The position numbers were made by a program, and so were the translations under genes. Positions 40,194 to 48,954 of a stretch of DNA of 64,000 bases are shown here, piece by piece. Each line of letters starts with the position of its first letter. Within the stretch, counting starts at the first letter, position 1. The notes beneath the pieces are model-generated. The model was not told the origin of the DNA and made no database searches. It was given only the letters and a program-made list of their open reading frames with translations. Source of the DNA: an uncultured Desulfobacterales bacterium (lineage in GTDB: Bacteria; Desulfobacterota; Dissulfuribacteria; Dissulfuribacterales; JALVPX01); the NCBI GenBank assembly GCA_964459155.1, contig CAYWKF010000013.1, forward strand, positions 8,491-72,490, read 5' to 3'.

Positions 40194-40643
40194 CTAGCTT
40201 TCCCTTCTGGAAGTGATTACGCCCAAAAGGCGGCTAACCGTGACCTTCTCCACCTGGCCGTCTCCCAGCTTGAGATCGAGTTCTCCACCACTGGAGCTGG
40301 CATCAGGGAAAAAAATTATTCCAAATGTATTTTCACCAAATTCCGCTATGCCTTCACCCTCTATCTGAACGCCCTCGGGTATCTTCTTTTTCTTTTTGGC
40401 GTCCATGTAAAAAGTACGTTCAGTCCCATCTATTACAAAACGGACCGCTGTGCCGCGGCCAAGACTGGCAGCCCTGGCCCTGTTTAATCCTTGTAGAAAA
40501 TCTTGAACAAATCTCTTTTCTTCGGTTTTGAATATACTGCTTCCAACTGAAGTGAAAATGAGTCCACTCAAAAGCCCTATCAGGACCATGACCACCAAAA
40601 GTTCAACCAGGGTGAAGCCTTCCGACCTAGAAACCCACATCAT
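40194..40643 (-). CDS. gspH: GspH-like minor pseudopilin
   Basis: Prepilin-type N-terminus SEGFTLVELLVVMVLIGLL; 149 aa. Confidence 0.7.
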   Translation of the reverse strand: MMWVSRSEGFTLVELLVVMVLIGLLSGLIFTSVGSSIFKTEEKRFVQDFLQGLNRARAASLGRGTAVRFVIDGTERTFYMDAKKKKKIPEGVQIEGEGIAEFGENTFGIIFFPDASSSGGELDLKLGDGQVEKVTVSRLLGVITSRRES

Positions 40644-41832
40644 TTATTCCAAAGATCGCCAGAAGCATGGAAAGGATGATGCCGCCAATTATGAGGCCCA
40701 TGACTACGATTGTGATAGGCTCTATCATGGAGAGGAAGATCTTGGTATCTGATCTCACCTTGTCATCCAAGTCATCTGCTATCTTGAGCAACATTTTGCC
40801 AAGCTTCCCAGTCTCTTCGCCAACCGCCACCAAATGTATGACAATGGATGGGAATATCCCGCTTCTTTTCATTAAAAGACTCAAGTTTTTGCCTTGACGC
40901 ACACCCACGTAAAGATGATCCACTGCTTCCTGTATCCGGGTATTTGACACCACCTCTTTTGCCAAAGAAAGGCCTTTCAAGATGGGTACTCCTGTCTCGA
41001 GGAGCGTGCCTAGAGTCCGGGTCAGCCTTCCAAGCTCCACCCTGAGCAAAGTGGGGCCTATGAAGGGAAGACGTAACTTCACGGCATCCCACCAGCGGCC
41101 TCCTTCCTCAGTGCGCAGATAAAAGCGGACTGCTCCGAGCAAGCAAGCGAACCCAAGAAACACAGCCCACCACCATTTTTGCAAGAACGAACTGGCAGAT
41201 ATGATTATTGCCGTAATTGTAGGCATGGGCTGGTTGAGATCTTCAAAGATCTGTCCAAATTTTGGAACAACAAAAATTACAAGGATCAAAATTGAGGCTA
41301 TTCCCACAAGGGTCAAAATGGCAGGATAGATGGAAGCACTAACAATAAACTTCTTTATTTCCCTGGACCGCTCCAAAAAGCTGTCCAGTCTTCGAAGAAC
41401 CACATCGAGCACACCACCTAGCTCTCCCACCCGAACCATGTTCACATAGAGTTTGGAAAACGATTCTGGATAGTCAGCCAAGGCCTCTGAAAGGCTTTTA
41501 CCCCCTTTTATCTTTTCTCTTACAGCCCTTACAGTCTCTTTGAGCACCTGATCATCTGCTGAATCCAGCAAGATGGCCAAGGCACGTTCGATGGGAATAC
41601 CTGCCTCGATGAGATCTGCCAATTCCTTTGTAAAATAGAGAAGCGATTCATGACCAATCCGCTTCTTAGGCGGTCTGAACAAGGCAGCGGCCTTGTGTCT
41701 TCTTTTGAGACGTATGGGTTGAAGTCCCTTGGCTACCAGCTTTGAGGCAAGAGCCTGTTCATCCTGGGCATCTTCAGTGCCTTCGACTTTTTTACCAGTT
41801 ACGTCGATGGCCTCGTAAAAGAAGGTGGGCAT
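40627..41832 (-). CDS. gspF: T2SS inner-membrane platform protein GspF
   Basis: 401 aa with the duplicated T2SSF domain and three TM segments. Confidence 0.9.
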   Translation of the reverse strand: MPTFFYEAIDVTGKKVEGTEDAQDEQALASKLVAKGLQPIRLKRRHKAAALFRPPKKRIGHESLLYFTKELADLIEAGIPIERALAILLDSADDQVLKETVRAVREKIKGGKSLSEALADYPESFSKLYVNMVRVGELGGVLDVVLRRLDSFLERSREIKKFIVSASIYPAILTLVGIASILILVIFVVPKFGQIFEDLNQPMPTITAIIISASSFLQKWWWAVFLGFACLLGAVRFYLRTEEGGRWWDAVKLRLPFIGPTLLRVELGRLTRTLGTLLETGVPILKGLSLAKEVVSNTRIQEAVDHLYVGVRQGKNLSLLMKRSGIFPSIVIHLVAVGEETGKLGKMLLKIADDLDDKVRSDTKIFLSMIEPITIVVMGLIIGGIILSMLLAIFGINDVGF

Positions 41833-43460
41833 CAGTTGGTGACCCTCATCACTTCTTCAGGAGTGGTTTCACCGGCAAGCACCTTGAGGAGCCCATCCTG
41901 CCTCAAAGTACGCATGCCATGCTTTATGGCCACCTCGGCTATGGTGGAACTGTCTGCACCCTGGAGTATCTGCCTCCGCACTGCATCGTTAACGGTGAGC
42001 AGCTCAAAAATGGCTGTACGACCTGAGTAACCAGTATTGGCACAATGGTGGCAGCCCTTGCCGCGCCAAATCTTTGGAGGTTCACCTTTTATATCCAGGC
42101 CTAGAACCTGCGAAGCCTGTTCAAACAGATCAGGCGACATCTGATATTCTTCTTTGCAATGGGGACAGATTTTTCTCACCAAACGCTGGGCCATCACAGC
42201 CAACAGGGATGAAGCCAGCAAATAGGATTCCACTCCCATTTCCTGCAGGCGTGTTACAGCACTGGCCGCATCATTGGTGTGAAGGGTAGAAAAGACCATG
42301 TGGCCGGTTAGCGCAGACTGTACTGCGATTTCGGCAGTTTCGGCATCTCTGATCTCTCCAATGAGTATGACATCCGGGTCCTGCCTCAGAATGGTGCGCA
42401 AGGCCGAGGCAAAAGTAAGGTTGATCTTAGGTTTCACCTGTATCTGATTTATACCATCAAGCTGATACTCCACCGGGTCTTCTACTGTAACAATTTTTTT
42501 ATCCGGGGCATTTATACGGTTCATTACAGCATAAAGTGTTGTGGTTTTTCCACTGCCTGTAGGCCCTGTTACCAGAATCATACCATAGGGGCGCTGGATC
42601 AAATCTTCGAAACTGCCCATGACATCTTGAGGGAAGCCCAGGGATTCCAGTTCTAGCTTTACCTCATCCCTGTTCAACAACCTCAACACTATGCTTTCTC
42701 CAAAGAGCGTGGGCAGGGTGGAAACGCGGATGTCTATTTCACGGCTACCGTCCTTGACCTTGATACGGCCATCCTGAGGAAGGCGCATCTCTGCAATATC
42801 CATCTTGCCCATCAGCTTGATCCGCGAAGTAATGGCAGGCTGAAGCCTCTTGGCAATGGTCTCCATATCCTGGAGCACACCGTCTATCCTGAAACGCACT
42901 TTCAATGAATCCCTGAAAGGCTCAAAGTGTATGTCTGATGCCTTAACCTCCAGGGCCTGGCTTATGAAATGGTTGACAAGCCTTATAACAGGCGCTTCGC
43001 TGGCGAGATCTTTCAGCTGCTCAGGATCATCCCACAGCTCATCATCCAGGCTCGCCTCACCTTCCTCGCTTTGGCCTTCTATGTCTGCGTCTGCTTCATA
43101 CCAGCGGTACACCGCTGAGAGAATGTCTTCTTCAGCTGCCTGGAGGAGCGTGACCTTTCTGTGATATATATTTTCCAATATTTCTGCCAGATAGAGATCA
43201 TCTGGATTTGCCGCTGCCACCTTGACCTCTTGGTCCGTAACATCGATGGGGGCTATCTTCCACTGGCGCATCAGCTGCGAAGAAAGGCCGTTCACCAGGG
43301 GCGGCTTGTCAGGAAAGTCAGATGCTTCCACCTGGAGGGCCTTTGTCTTAGACTGTACGACTGCCTGCTCACCTTCCATGTCTTGAATATGCCCTGCCGC
43401 TTTTTTGTTTCCGGGGAGCAGGGATGACAGAAAATTTTTTACTGGAGATACATCAGGCAT
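41832..43460 (-). CDS. gspE: T2SS ATPase GspE
   Basis: Walker A GPTGSGKTT, Asp and His boxes, a tetracysteine motif (CPHC...CHHC) and an N-terminal T2SSE_N-like domain. Confidence 0.9.
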   Translation of the reverse strand: MPDVSPVKNFLSSLLPGNKKAAGHIQDMEGEQAVVQSKTKALQVEASDFPDKPPLVNGLSSQLMRQWKIAPIDVTDQEVKVAAANPDDLYLAEILENIYHRKVTLLQAAEEDILSAVYRWYEADADIEGQSEEGEASLDDELWDDPEQLKDLASEAPVIRLVNHFISQALEVKASDIHFEPFRDSLKVRFRIDGVLQDMETIAKRLQPAITSRIKLMGKMDIAEMRLPQDGRIKVKDGSREIDIRVSTLPTLFGESIVLRLLNRDEVKLELESLGFPQDVMGSFEDLIQRPYGMILVTGPTGSGKTTTLYAVMNRINAPDKKIVTVEDPVEYQLDGINQIQVKPKINLTFASALRTILRQDPDVILIGEIRDAETAEIAVQSALTGHMVFSTLHTNDAASAVTRLQEMGVESYLLASSLLAVMAQRLVRKICPHCKEEYQMSPDLFEQASQVLGLDIKGEPPKIWRGKGCHHCANTGYSGRTAIFELLTVNDAVRRQILQGADSSTIAEVAIKHGMRTLRQDGLLKVLAGETTPEEVMRVTN

Positions 43461-43463
43461 AGG

Positions 43464-43904
43464 CTATTCCCAGCTTACGATGTCAGCGTCTTCACCTTCT
43501 CCGCCTGGCTCTCCATCCCGGCCATAACTCATCAAATCATATTCGCCATGCTCACCGGGGCTTTTGTACACATATTCATGCCCCCACGGATCCTTGGGAA
43601 TAGCCTTTGGAAGGTATGGGCCAGCCCAATTTGAGAGCCCGTCTGGCTTTTCTCGCAATGCCTTCAGGCCCTCTTCAGTTGTGGGATAACGGCCGTTGTC
43701 TAGGCGGAATTCATCCAATGCCGCTTCAAAATTTGATATCTGGGCCTTAGCGATTTTCTGACGGCTCTTGCCAAGCTTGCCAAAGAATTTGGGCGCCACC
43801 AAAGATGCAAGCAGGCCGATAATTATCACCACCACAAGGAGTTCTATCAGGGTAAAACCCCTTTCATCACGCTTGTCTGTCAAGTTTTTCCTGAAATTCA
43901 CCAT
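43464..43904 (-). CDS. gspG: T2SS major pseudopilin GspG
   Basis: RGFTLIELLVVVIIIGLLA prepilin N-terminus plus the GspG signature (DPWGHEYVYKSPGEHGEYDLMSYGRDGEPGG). An alternative TTG start at 43883 would give a shorter leader peptide. Confidence 0.9.
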   Translation of the reverse strand: MVNFRKNLTDKRDERGFTLIELLVVVIIIGLLASLVAPKFFGKLGKSRQKIAKAQISNFEAALDEFRLDNGRYPTTEEGLKALREKPDGLSNWAGPYLPKAIPKDPWGHEYVYKSPGEHGEYDLMSYGRDGEPGGEGEDADIVSWE

Positions 43905-43965
43905 TCCTCCAGATACTTTTTGATAGCCTAAACAAGTAGCCTATATTTTTCAAATTTTAAATATA

Positions 43966-43982
43966 CAGCAATTTTTGTACCT
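43966..43982 (-). promoter_or_regulatory. candidate sigma-54 (-24/-12) promoter for the gsp operon
   Basis: The minus strand reads AGGTACAAAAATTGCTG. GG-N10-GC spacing is exact and the -12 TTGCT element is perfect against TGGCAC-N5-TTGCW. It lies 4 nt after the rlpA stop and about 65 nt upstream of the gspG ATG. Confidence 0.45.
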
Positions 43983-43985
43983 TAG

Positions 43986-44747
43986 CTATCTCGACACCAA
44001 AAATGCTCCTGGAAAACCCCTTTGCTCCATCTGCCAAACCATTTCACGGGCATGGCTAAGCCTGTTCGATGCAAATATTTGCACCCGGTACATGGCGCCC
44101 AGCCTCGTAATGTGGCGCAAGACAACCACTTTGGGATATTTCTTGGCCAACCTCGCTTGAAGCCTCAAGGCATTTTGTCGCCTTTTGAAGGATCCAATCT
44201 GTATATAAAAATCGCCATGTTCAAAATCTGGCACATGGCTGAATCTTGGCTTGCCGTGAGAAAGTGAGGCCACCTCTCCAAGGGCGGTTAGACGCACCTT
44301 TGCCACTCCACGCTTCAACATTCCCAGCCGGGCAGCAGCAGACCGGCTTAAATCGATTACTCTGTTCTTTACAAAAGGACCGCGGTCATTTATGCGAACC
44401 ACCACGGACTTGCCGTTCTCAAGATTTTCTACCTTTACCAAGGTGTTCATGGGCAAAGTCTTATGAGCTGCTGTCATGGCGTGCATATTGTAACGCTCGC
44501 CGTTGGCAGTCTGCCTGCCGTGGAATTTAGGCCCATACCAGGACGCCAAGCCCGTTTCACTGTATCCAACTGCAGATGGCAACGGGTAATAGGTCCGTCC
44601 GTTTATGTTGTATGGACGTTGCGTGCCCTTTAAATAAGCCCGTTGGGCAGAATGCTTTCTTACTTTATTGTGTGAACCACAGCCATACAGGGCAAGGGAT
44701 ACTATCAAGACAAGGAGCCATGTCGCGTGTTCATTCACCCTTTTCAT
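43986..44747 (-). CDS. rlpA: septal ring lytic transglycosylase RlpA (DPBB plus SPOR domains)
   Basis: Lipobox LALYGC. DPBB core ([20 protein letters not shown]...VRINDRGPF). C-terminal SPOR repeat (FYIQIGSF...YRVQI). Confidence 0.85.
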   Translation of the reverse strand: MKRVNEHATWLLVLIVSLALYGCGSHNKVRKHSAQRAYLKGTQRPYNINGRTYYPLPSAVGYSETGLASWYGPKFHGRQTANGERYNMHAMTAAHKTLPMNTLVKVENLENGKSVVVRINDRGPFVKNRVIDLSRSAAARLGMLKRGVAKVRLTALGEVASLSHGKPRFSHVPDFEHGDFYIQIGSFKRRQNALRLQARLAKKYPKVVVLRHITRLGAMYRVQIFASNRLSHAREMVWQMEQRGFPGAFLVSR

Positions 44748-45021
44748 GAAAATAGTCCTGTACAAAATCCCTCAAAAGCCTGAAGGCAATCTCAAGGTCG
44801 TAAAGATGCATGGGAGGTCTTTTGCCTTTTCCTTCTACTACATACAATCTTTCGGCCTCCTTTATGGCACTCCATGGAACCCATCCATGTTCCTCCCACA
44901 ATTCAGGATCTTCGGCACTCCAGAGCCGAAACTCGATATCATTGTTATTGAGCCTGATATAGGTTTTTAAATCCTTGTTGCCTGGAATGGGATTGTAATA
45001 AACGCCCAGTTCATCCTGCAC
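44731..45021 (-). CDS. hypothetical small protein; start uncertain
   Basis: ORF 44731..45180. Its first 53 codons are AT-rich and aromatic/Cys-rich. GTG at 45021 is preceded by GGAG-N7. I recognise no family. The 3' end overlaps rlpA. Confidence 0.4.
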   Translation of the reverse strand: MQDELGVYYNPIPGNKDLKTYIRLNNNDIEFRLWSAEDPELWEEHGWVPWSAIKEAERLYVVEGKGKRPPMHLYDLEIAFRLLRDFVQDYFHEKGE

Positions 45022-45274
45022 AATTTTGCTCCAAAGGAAGAAATAGTCTAAATTGCAATAAAAATAATTGCAGCTTCCGACATGGTCAAGCTGATAAAGT
45101 TTACAATGCAAGTAACTAAGTATAAGAAACATTTTTGTCTGCAAGAAACGACTATGAGGCAAATAATTCAAAAAAAACAAACATTGGAAACTGTAACTTT
45201 AATTAATTGCCATTCTGACCATTTTGCGGCAAGTTATATACTTTCTTAAACACAAAACCCCAGGGAATCAAAAC

Positions 45275-46396
45275 ATGATATATCTTGACTACAACGCCAC
45301 CACGCCGGTTGATGAATCAGTTGCACAGGCAATGCAGGAAACCTTGCTCAAAAATTGGGGCAATCCAAGCAGTGGCCATGCCATGGGAAAAAGGGCCAAG
45401 ATTGCTTGTGAAAAGGCCCGGGCACAAGTCGCTGCTCTAATACAGGCCCAACCCAGCGAAATCATATTTACAAGCGGAGGAACAGAGTCTAACAACATGG
45501 TCATCCTTGGCCTGGCCTCACATTTTTCACCACAGAAAAACCACATCATTACTTCAAAGATAGAGCATCCGTCAGTCATGAATCCCTGTCTTCGCTTACT
45601 TGAACAGGGACTGGATGTATCCTTCATCTCAGTGGATGAATCCGGAATAATAAATTTGAAAGAGTTGGAAAACGCCGTTACTGCTCGGACTTTTCTTGTA
45701 AGCGTGATGCTGGCCAACAATGAAACAGGTGTCTTGCAACCGCTTGAAGAGATTGCAGCTATTTGCACCAGGCACAACGTGCTGCTCCACACCGATGCTG
45801 CCCAAGCTGTGGGCAAGATCACGGTGGATGTGAATGAGCTTGGCGTAGATTATCTTACTATTGCAGGCCATAAATTTTATGCTCCCAAGGGCATAGGAGC
45901 GCTCTTTGCTAAACAGGACAGGCCGCTTGAAAATATAATGTACGGGGCTGGGCAGGAATTTGGAAAAAGGCCGGGTACGGAACCAGTGCCAGGTGCTGTT
46001 GCCCTGGGTGCTGCGGCAGTTCTCGTTCAAAAAGACCTCCCTGCAGAGCAGGCAAGGCAGCGGGCACTGCGGGAAAGGCTTTTCGAGGGTCTAAAGGCCA
46101 TTTTCCCCAACATAGTAAGGCATGGTAAGCCAGATGTCACTCTGCCAAACACCCTGTCGGTATCTTTTGCAGGACTTGAGGCTGGCGATCTACTGGCAAA
46201 GCTGGATGATTTGTGCGCTTCCACTGGCGCAGCGTGTCACGACCGGTCAGTGGCGGTTTCACATGTTTTATCCGCCATGGGTGTAAGCCGGGAAATTGCC
46301 CTTGGAACAGTCCGGCTCAGCCTAGGGCGTTATACCACGGAATCTGAAATTGATGAAGCAGTCCGCCTCTTCCACTCTGCCATCCGATCCATCTAA
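45275..46396 (+). CDS. class V aminotransferase / cysteine desulfurase (NifS/IscS-like)
   Basis: IYLDYNATTP, SGGTESNN, PLP-Lys region GHKFYAPKGIGAL and a C-terminal Cys loop STGAAC. Confidence 0.85.
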   Translation: MIYLDYNATTPVDESVAQAMQETLLKNWGNPSSGHAMGKRAKIACEKARAQVAALIQAQPSEIIFTSGGTESNNMVILGLASHFSPQKNHIITSKIEHPSVMNPCLRLLEQGLDVSFISVDESGIINLKELENAVTARTFLVSVMLANNETGVLQPLEEIAAICTRHNVLLHTDAAQAVGKITVDVNELGVDYLTIAGHKFYAPKGIGALFAKQDRPLENIMYGAGQEFGKRPGTEPVPGAVALGAAAVLVQKDLPAEQARQRALRERLFEGLKAIFPNIVRHGKPDVTLPNTLSVSFAGLEAGDLLAKLDDLCASTGAACHDRSVAVSHVLSAMGVSREIALGTVRLSLGRYTTESEIDEAVRLFHSAIRSI

Positions 46397-46411
46397 ATTA
46401 AACAATCCAAC

Positions 46412-47320
46412 ATGGACAACTTCGTGATCATCATATCTTACCTCCTGCTGGGTACTTTGCTGAAACGAACAAGAAAACTCCCATCAGACTTTTCAAACAG
46501 CCTCAACCTCTTTGTCATATATGTCTCCTTGCCTGCATTGATCTTGGTTAAAGTGCCGCACATACTGCTGGACGCCGATGTTTGGGCCACGGTCGCTATG
46601 CCATGGCTGATGATCCTTTTTTCAGCATCAGTGGTGCTACTTTGCTCGCGTCTTTGCCGCTGGTCGAGGCAGGTAACTGGCTGCCTGCTGTTGATGTGCT
46701 CTCTGGGCAACACCTCCTTCCTTGGCATACCCATGGTCCGGGCCTTTTTTGGTGAAAAAGCCGTTGCCTATGCAATGCTATATGATCAACTCGGATCTTT
46801 TCTAGCCTTGTCCACGTATGGAACTTTTATCATCGCTCTCTTTTCCGACAATGACGCCGAGGGGCCATCACTTCAGCAAATTGCCGTGAAAATAGTTACC
46901 TTCCCGCCATTTATAGCTCTTTTGACTGCGTTCCTGCTAAGAGGATTGACTTATCCCGCACCAGTTGAACGCCTTTTGGCAGACCTCGGAGCAACGTTGA
47001 TTCCCGTGGTAATGATTGCTGTCGGCTATCAACTGCACATTAGGCTGAGTCAAGATAGATTCACGCCTCTTGTAGCTGGCCTAGGCATAAAGTTGGTTTT
47101 GTCTCCGCTTGCTGCACTGCTTTTTGCACAGGCCTTTGGGCTAAAGGGATTGGCAGTGAAAGTGGCGGTCTTTGAGGCTGGCATGCCTCCAATGGTGTCA
47201 GCCGGTGCCCTAGCCATCCTCGCCAAGTTGGCACCAAGGCTAACTGCTGCCCTGGTAGGACTTGGGATTTTTTTGAGCTTCATGACACTGCCATTACTTT
47301 ATCAGCTTATCCACCATTAG
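46412..47320 (+). CDS. AEC (auxin efflux carrier) family transporter
   Basis: 302 aa, about 10 TM helices, AEC-like two-half topology. Confidence 0.7.
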   Translation: MDNFVIIISYLLLGTLLKRTRKLPSDFSNSLNLFVIYVSLPALILVKVPHILLDADVWATVAMPWLMILFSASVVLLCSRLCRWSRQVTGCLLLMCSLGNTSFLGIPMVRAFFGEKAVAYAMLYDQLGSFLALSTYGTFIIALFSDNDAEGPSLQQIAVKIVTFPPFIALLTAFLLRGLTYPAPVERLLADLGATLIPVVMIAVGYQLHIRLSQDRFTPLVAGLGIKLVLSPLAALLFAQAFGLKGLAVKVAVFEAGMPPMVSAGALAILAKLAPRLTAALVGLGIFLSFMTLPLLYQLIHH

Positions 47321-47390
47321 AGAGAGGTTGCATCTGCCGAATAAATACTTACCTCTAAACATGAAAATAACTTAAGAGGAGGACAAAAAA

Positions 47391-47840
47391 ATGGCAGTTA
47401 TCGGCGCACATAAAATCGAAGCGCTTTACAAAAAGGCGGCTGGACTGCGCCTTGACAAAAGCAAAATCAAGGAAATTAGTGATTTGGTGGATAAAAAACT
47501 ATACGATCTGCTTCTAGTAGCAGAGCAGAACGCCAAATACAACGGAAGAGATATCATCTGGATGTGTGATGTTCCACTCACTAAAGCAATGAAAGAATCC
47601 ATGGAAAAGTTTTTGAAGCTTGAGGAAGAATTGGAGCTACAGCCCATTTTGGATCACTTGGCCACGCTGCCGCCTTTAAAATATGGTTTGGAGGCGGAAC
47701 TGGAGAGAAAGCTTCCCGAAATCGTCGGCACTTTGATATATGTGCTGGCCAACATCACAAAGGAGTTTTCGGCCAAAGACAAAACCGTTTCAGCCGATGA
47801 GATGAACAAGGCCGAGACGATCCTGAATCTCGTAATCTAA
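47391..47840 (+). CDS. DUF1931-like double histone-fold protein
   Basis: The first half matches the archaeal histone pattern by eye (AAGLRLDKSKIKEISDLVDKKLYDLLLVAEQNAKYNGRDIIWMCDV, compare HMfB AGAERVSDDA...ARHAGRKTIKAEDI). The second half has a similar helix pattern. Strong RBS AGAGGAGGA and a strong terminator. Confidence 0.55.
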   Translation: MAVIGAHKIEALYKKAAGLRLDKSKIKEISDLVDKKLYDLLLVAEQNAKYNGRDIIWMCDVPLTKAMKESMEKFLKLEEELELQPILDHLATLPPLKYGLEAELERKLPEIVGTLIYVLANITKEFSAKDKTVSADEMNKAETILNLVI

Positions 47841-47869
47841 CAACTATCGTTTACAATCAATTTCGCATC

Positions 47870-47897
47870 AAAAAAACCGGCTTAGAGCCGGTTTTTT
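47870..47897. terminator. bidirectional rho-independent terminator
   Basis: A7-CCGGC-TTAGA-GCCGG-T6 between convergent genes. Confidence 0.75.
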
Positions 47898-47940
47898 ACA
47901 AACTTCAGCCATAAAACAACACTGAAAGCAGGCACCTAAT

Positions 47941-48945
47941 CTACCATCGTTTTCTATACATCAAGATCTGATAGGCTTCTTTAAGGGCTATGAAGGCTTC
48001 ATTACTCCCACCGTGGTCGGGATGAAGCTCAAGTGCCTTTTTTCGGTAATGACTCTTGAATTCATCCTCGCTCATGGCTGAAAACTCTTCCAGTGTCAAG
48101 CCCATAATATCATAATATTTTTGATCTCTAGCCACGCTTTGAGGCGAAGTCCATGAGGTCTGGTAACTGCCACGGCCAGGAACCTCCCTGAAATATATGT
48201 CGAAATAAAGGCTCAAGTATTTTTGCAAATAGGGATGAAGGCCCTGAAATGAACTGGGCCTTATCCCTTTGTCAAGATAAGCGGGGTCCTCATTGAGTTT
48301 GCAAATCTCTTCCAGAAAGTATTGATCAAGAAGTTCCGGATCCTGCTGATCTGCAATAAAACGCGACCTCTTGGGATAAAAGCGCTTGGGAAGGTCAAAA
48401 ATGGCGTAGAGGTAGCCCTTCATCTCGAAGCTGCGCAAGTCCAGTTCCATGAAGTGGATCATCTGTTCGATTTCGTCTCTCGATTTGTGCAACAGAGTGT
48501 TAAAAACTGGCAATGGGGAACTAACTATGCGTTCCAAATTTGTCTGTACAAACCTCAAAAAGGCTATCCTTCGCTTGTCAAAGGGATGAATATCTTTCTG
48601 CATTCGTGCCAATTCCTGGTCTGTGAGGCGCTTTTTCACTGACCGGCTCCTGTTCCGCCTTCCGCCGAAATTGTCTATGGTCTTGCGGATATCTGGGTCT
48701 ATGAATGGCCAGAGTATCTTCTCCAGATCTTCGTCTTTGTAATCAATGCCATTTTCAACCACCGCCTCCTCTATTTCCGGGGCAAAATAGAAGCCATGAA
48801 GGCCGACGTAGATGATAAATTGTTCTGGATCGTGGCCCAGATCGAACACATCTTTTGTCAGCCACGTACCTTGAGAATCCTGGTAGGAATGGCGTATAAA
48901 GAATTTGTGGGTTCCGTCTTTTTGTTTTTCCTGCGCCAAATACAT
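47941..48945 (-). CDS. C-terminal J-domain protein with an uncharacterised ~270-aa N-terminal region
   Basis: The last ~65 aa form a J domain (DYYDIMGL-like KYYDIMGL, ALELHPDHGG with the HPD motif). I recognise no family for the N-terminal region. Confidence 0.7.
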   Translation of the reverse strand: MYLAQEKQKDGTHKFFIRHSYQDSQGTWLTKDVFDLGHDPEQFIIYVGLHGFYFAPEIEEAVVENGIDYKDEDLEKILWPFIDPDIRKTIDNFGGRRNRSRSVKKRLTDQELARMQKDIHPFDKRRIAFLRFVQTNLERIVSSPLPVFNTLLHKSRDEIEQMIHFMELDLRSFEMKGYLYAIFDLPKRFYPKRSRFIADQQDPELLDQYFLEEICKLNEDPAYLDKGIRPSSFQGLHPYLQKYLSLYFDIYFREVPGRGSYQTSWTSPQSVARDQKYYDIMGLTLEEFSAMSEDEFKSHYRKKALELHPDHGGSNEAFIALKEAYQILMYRKRW

Positions 48946-48954
48946 ACAGCCTGA

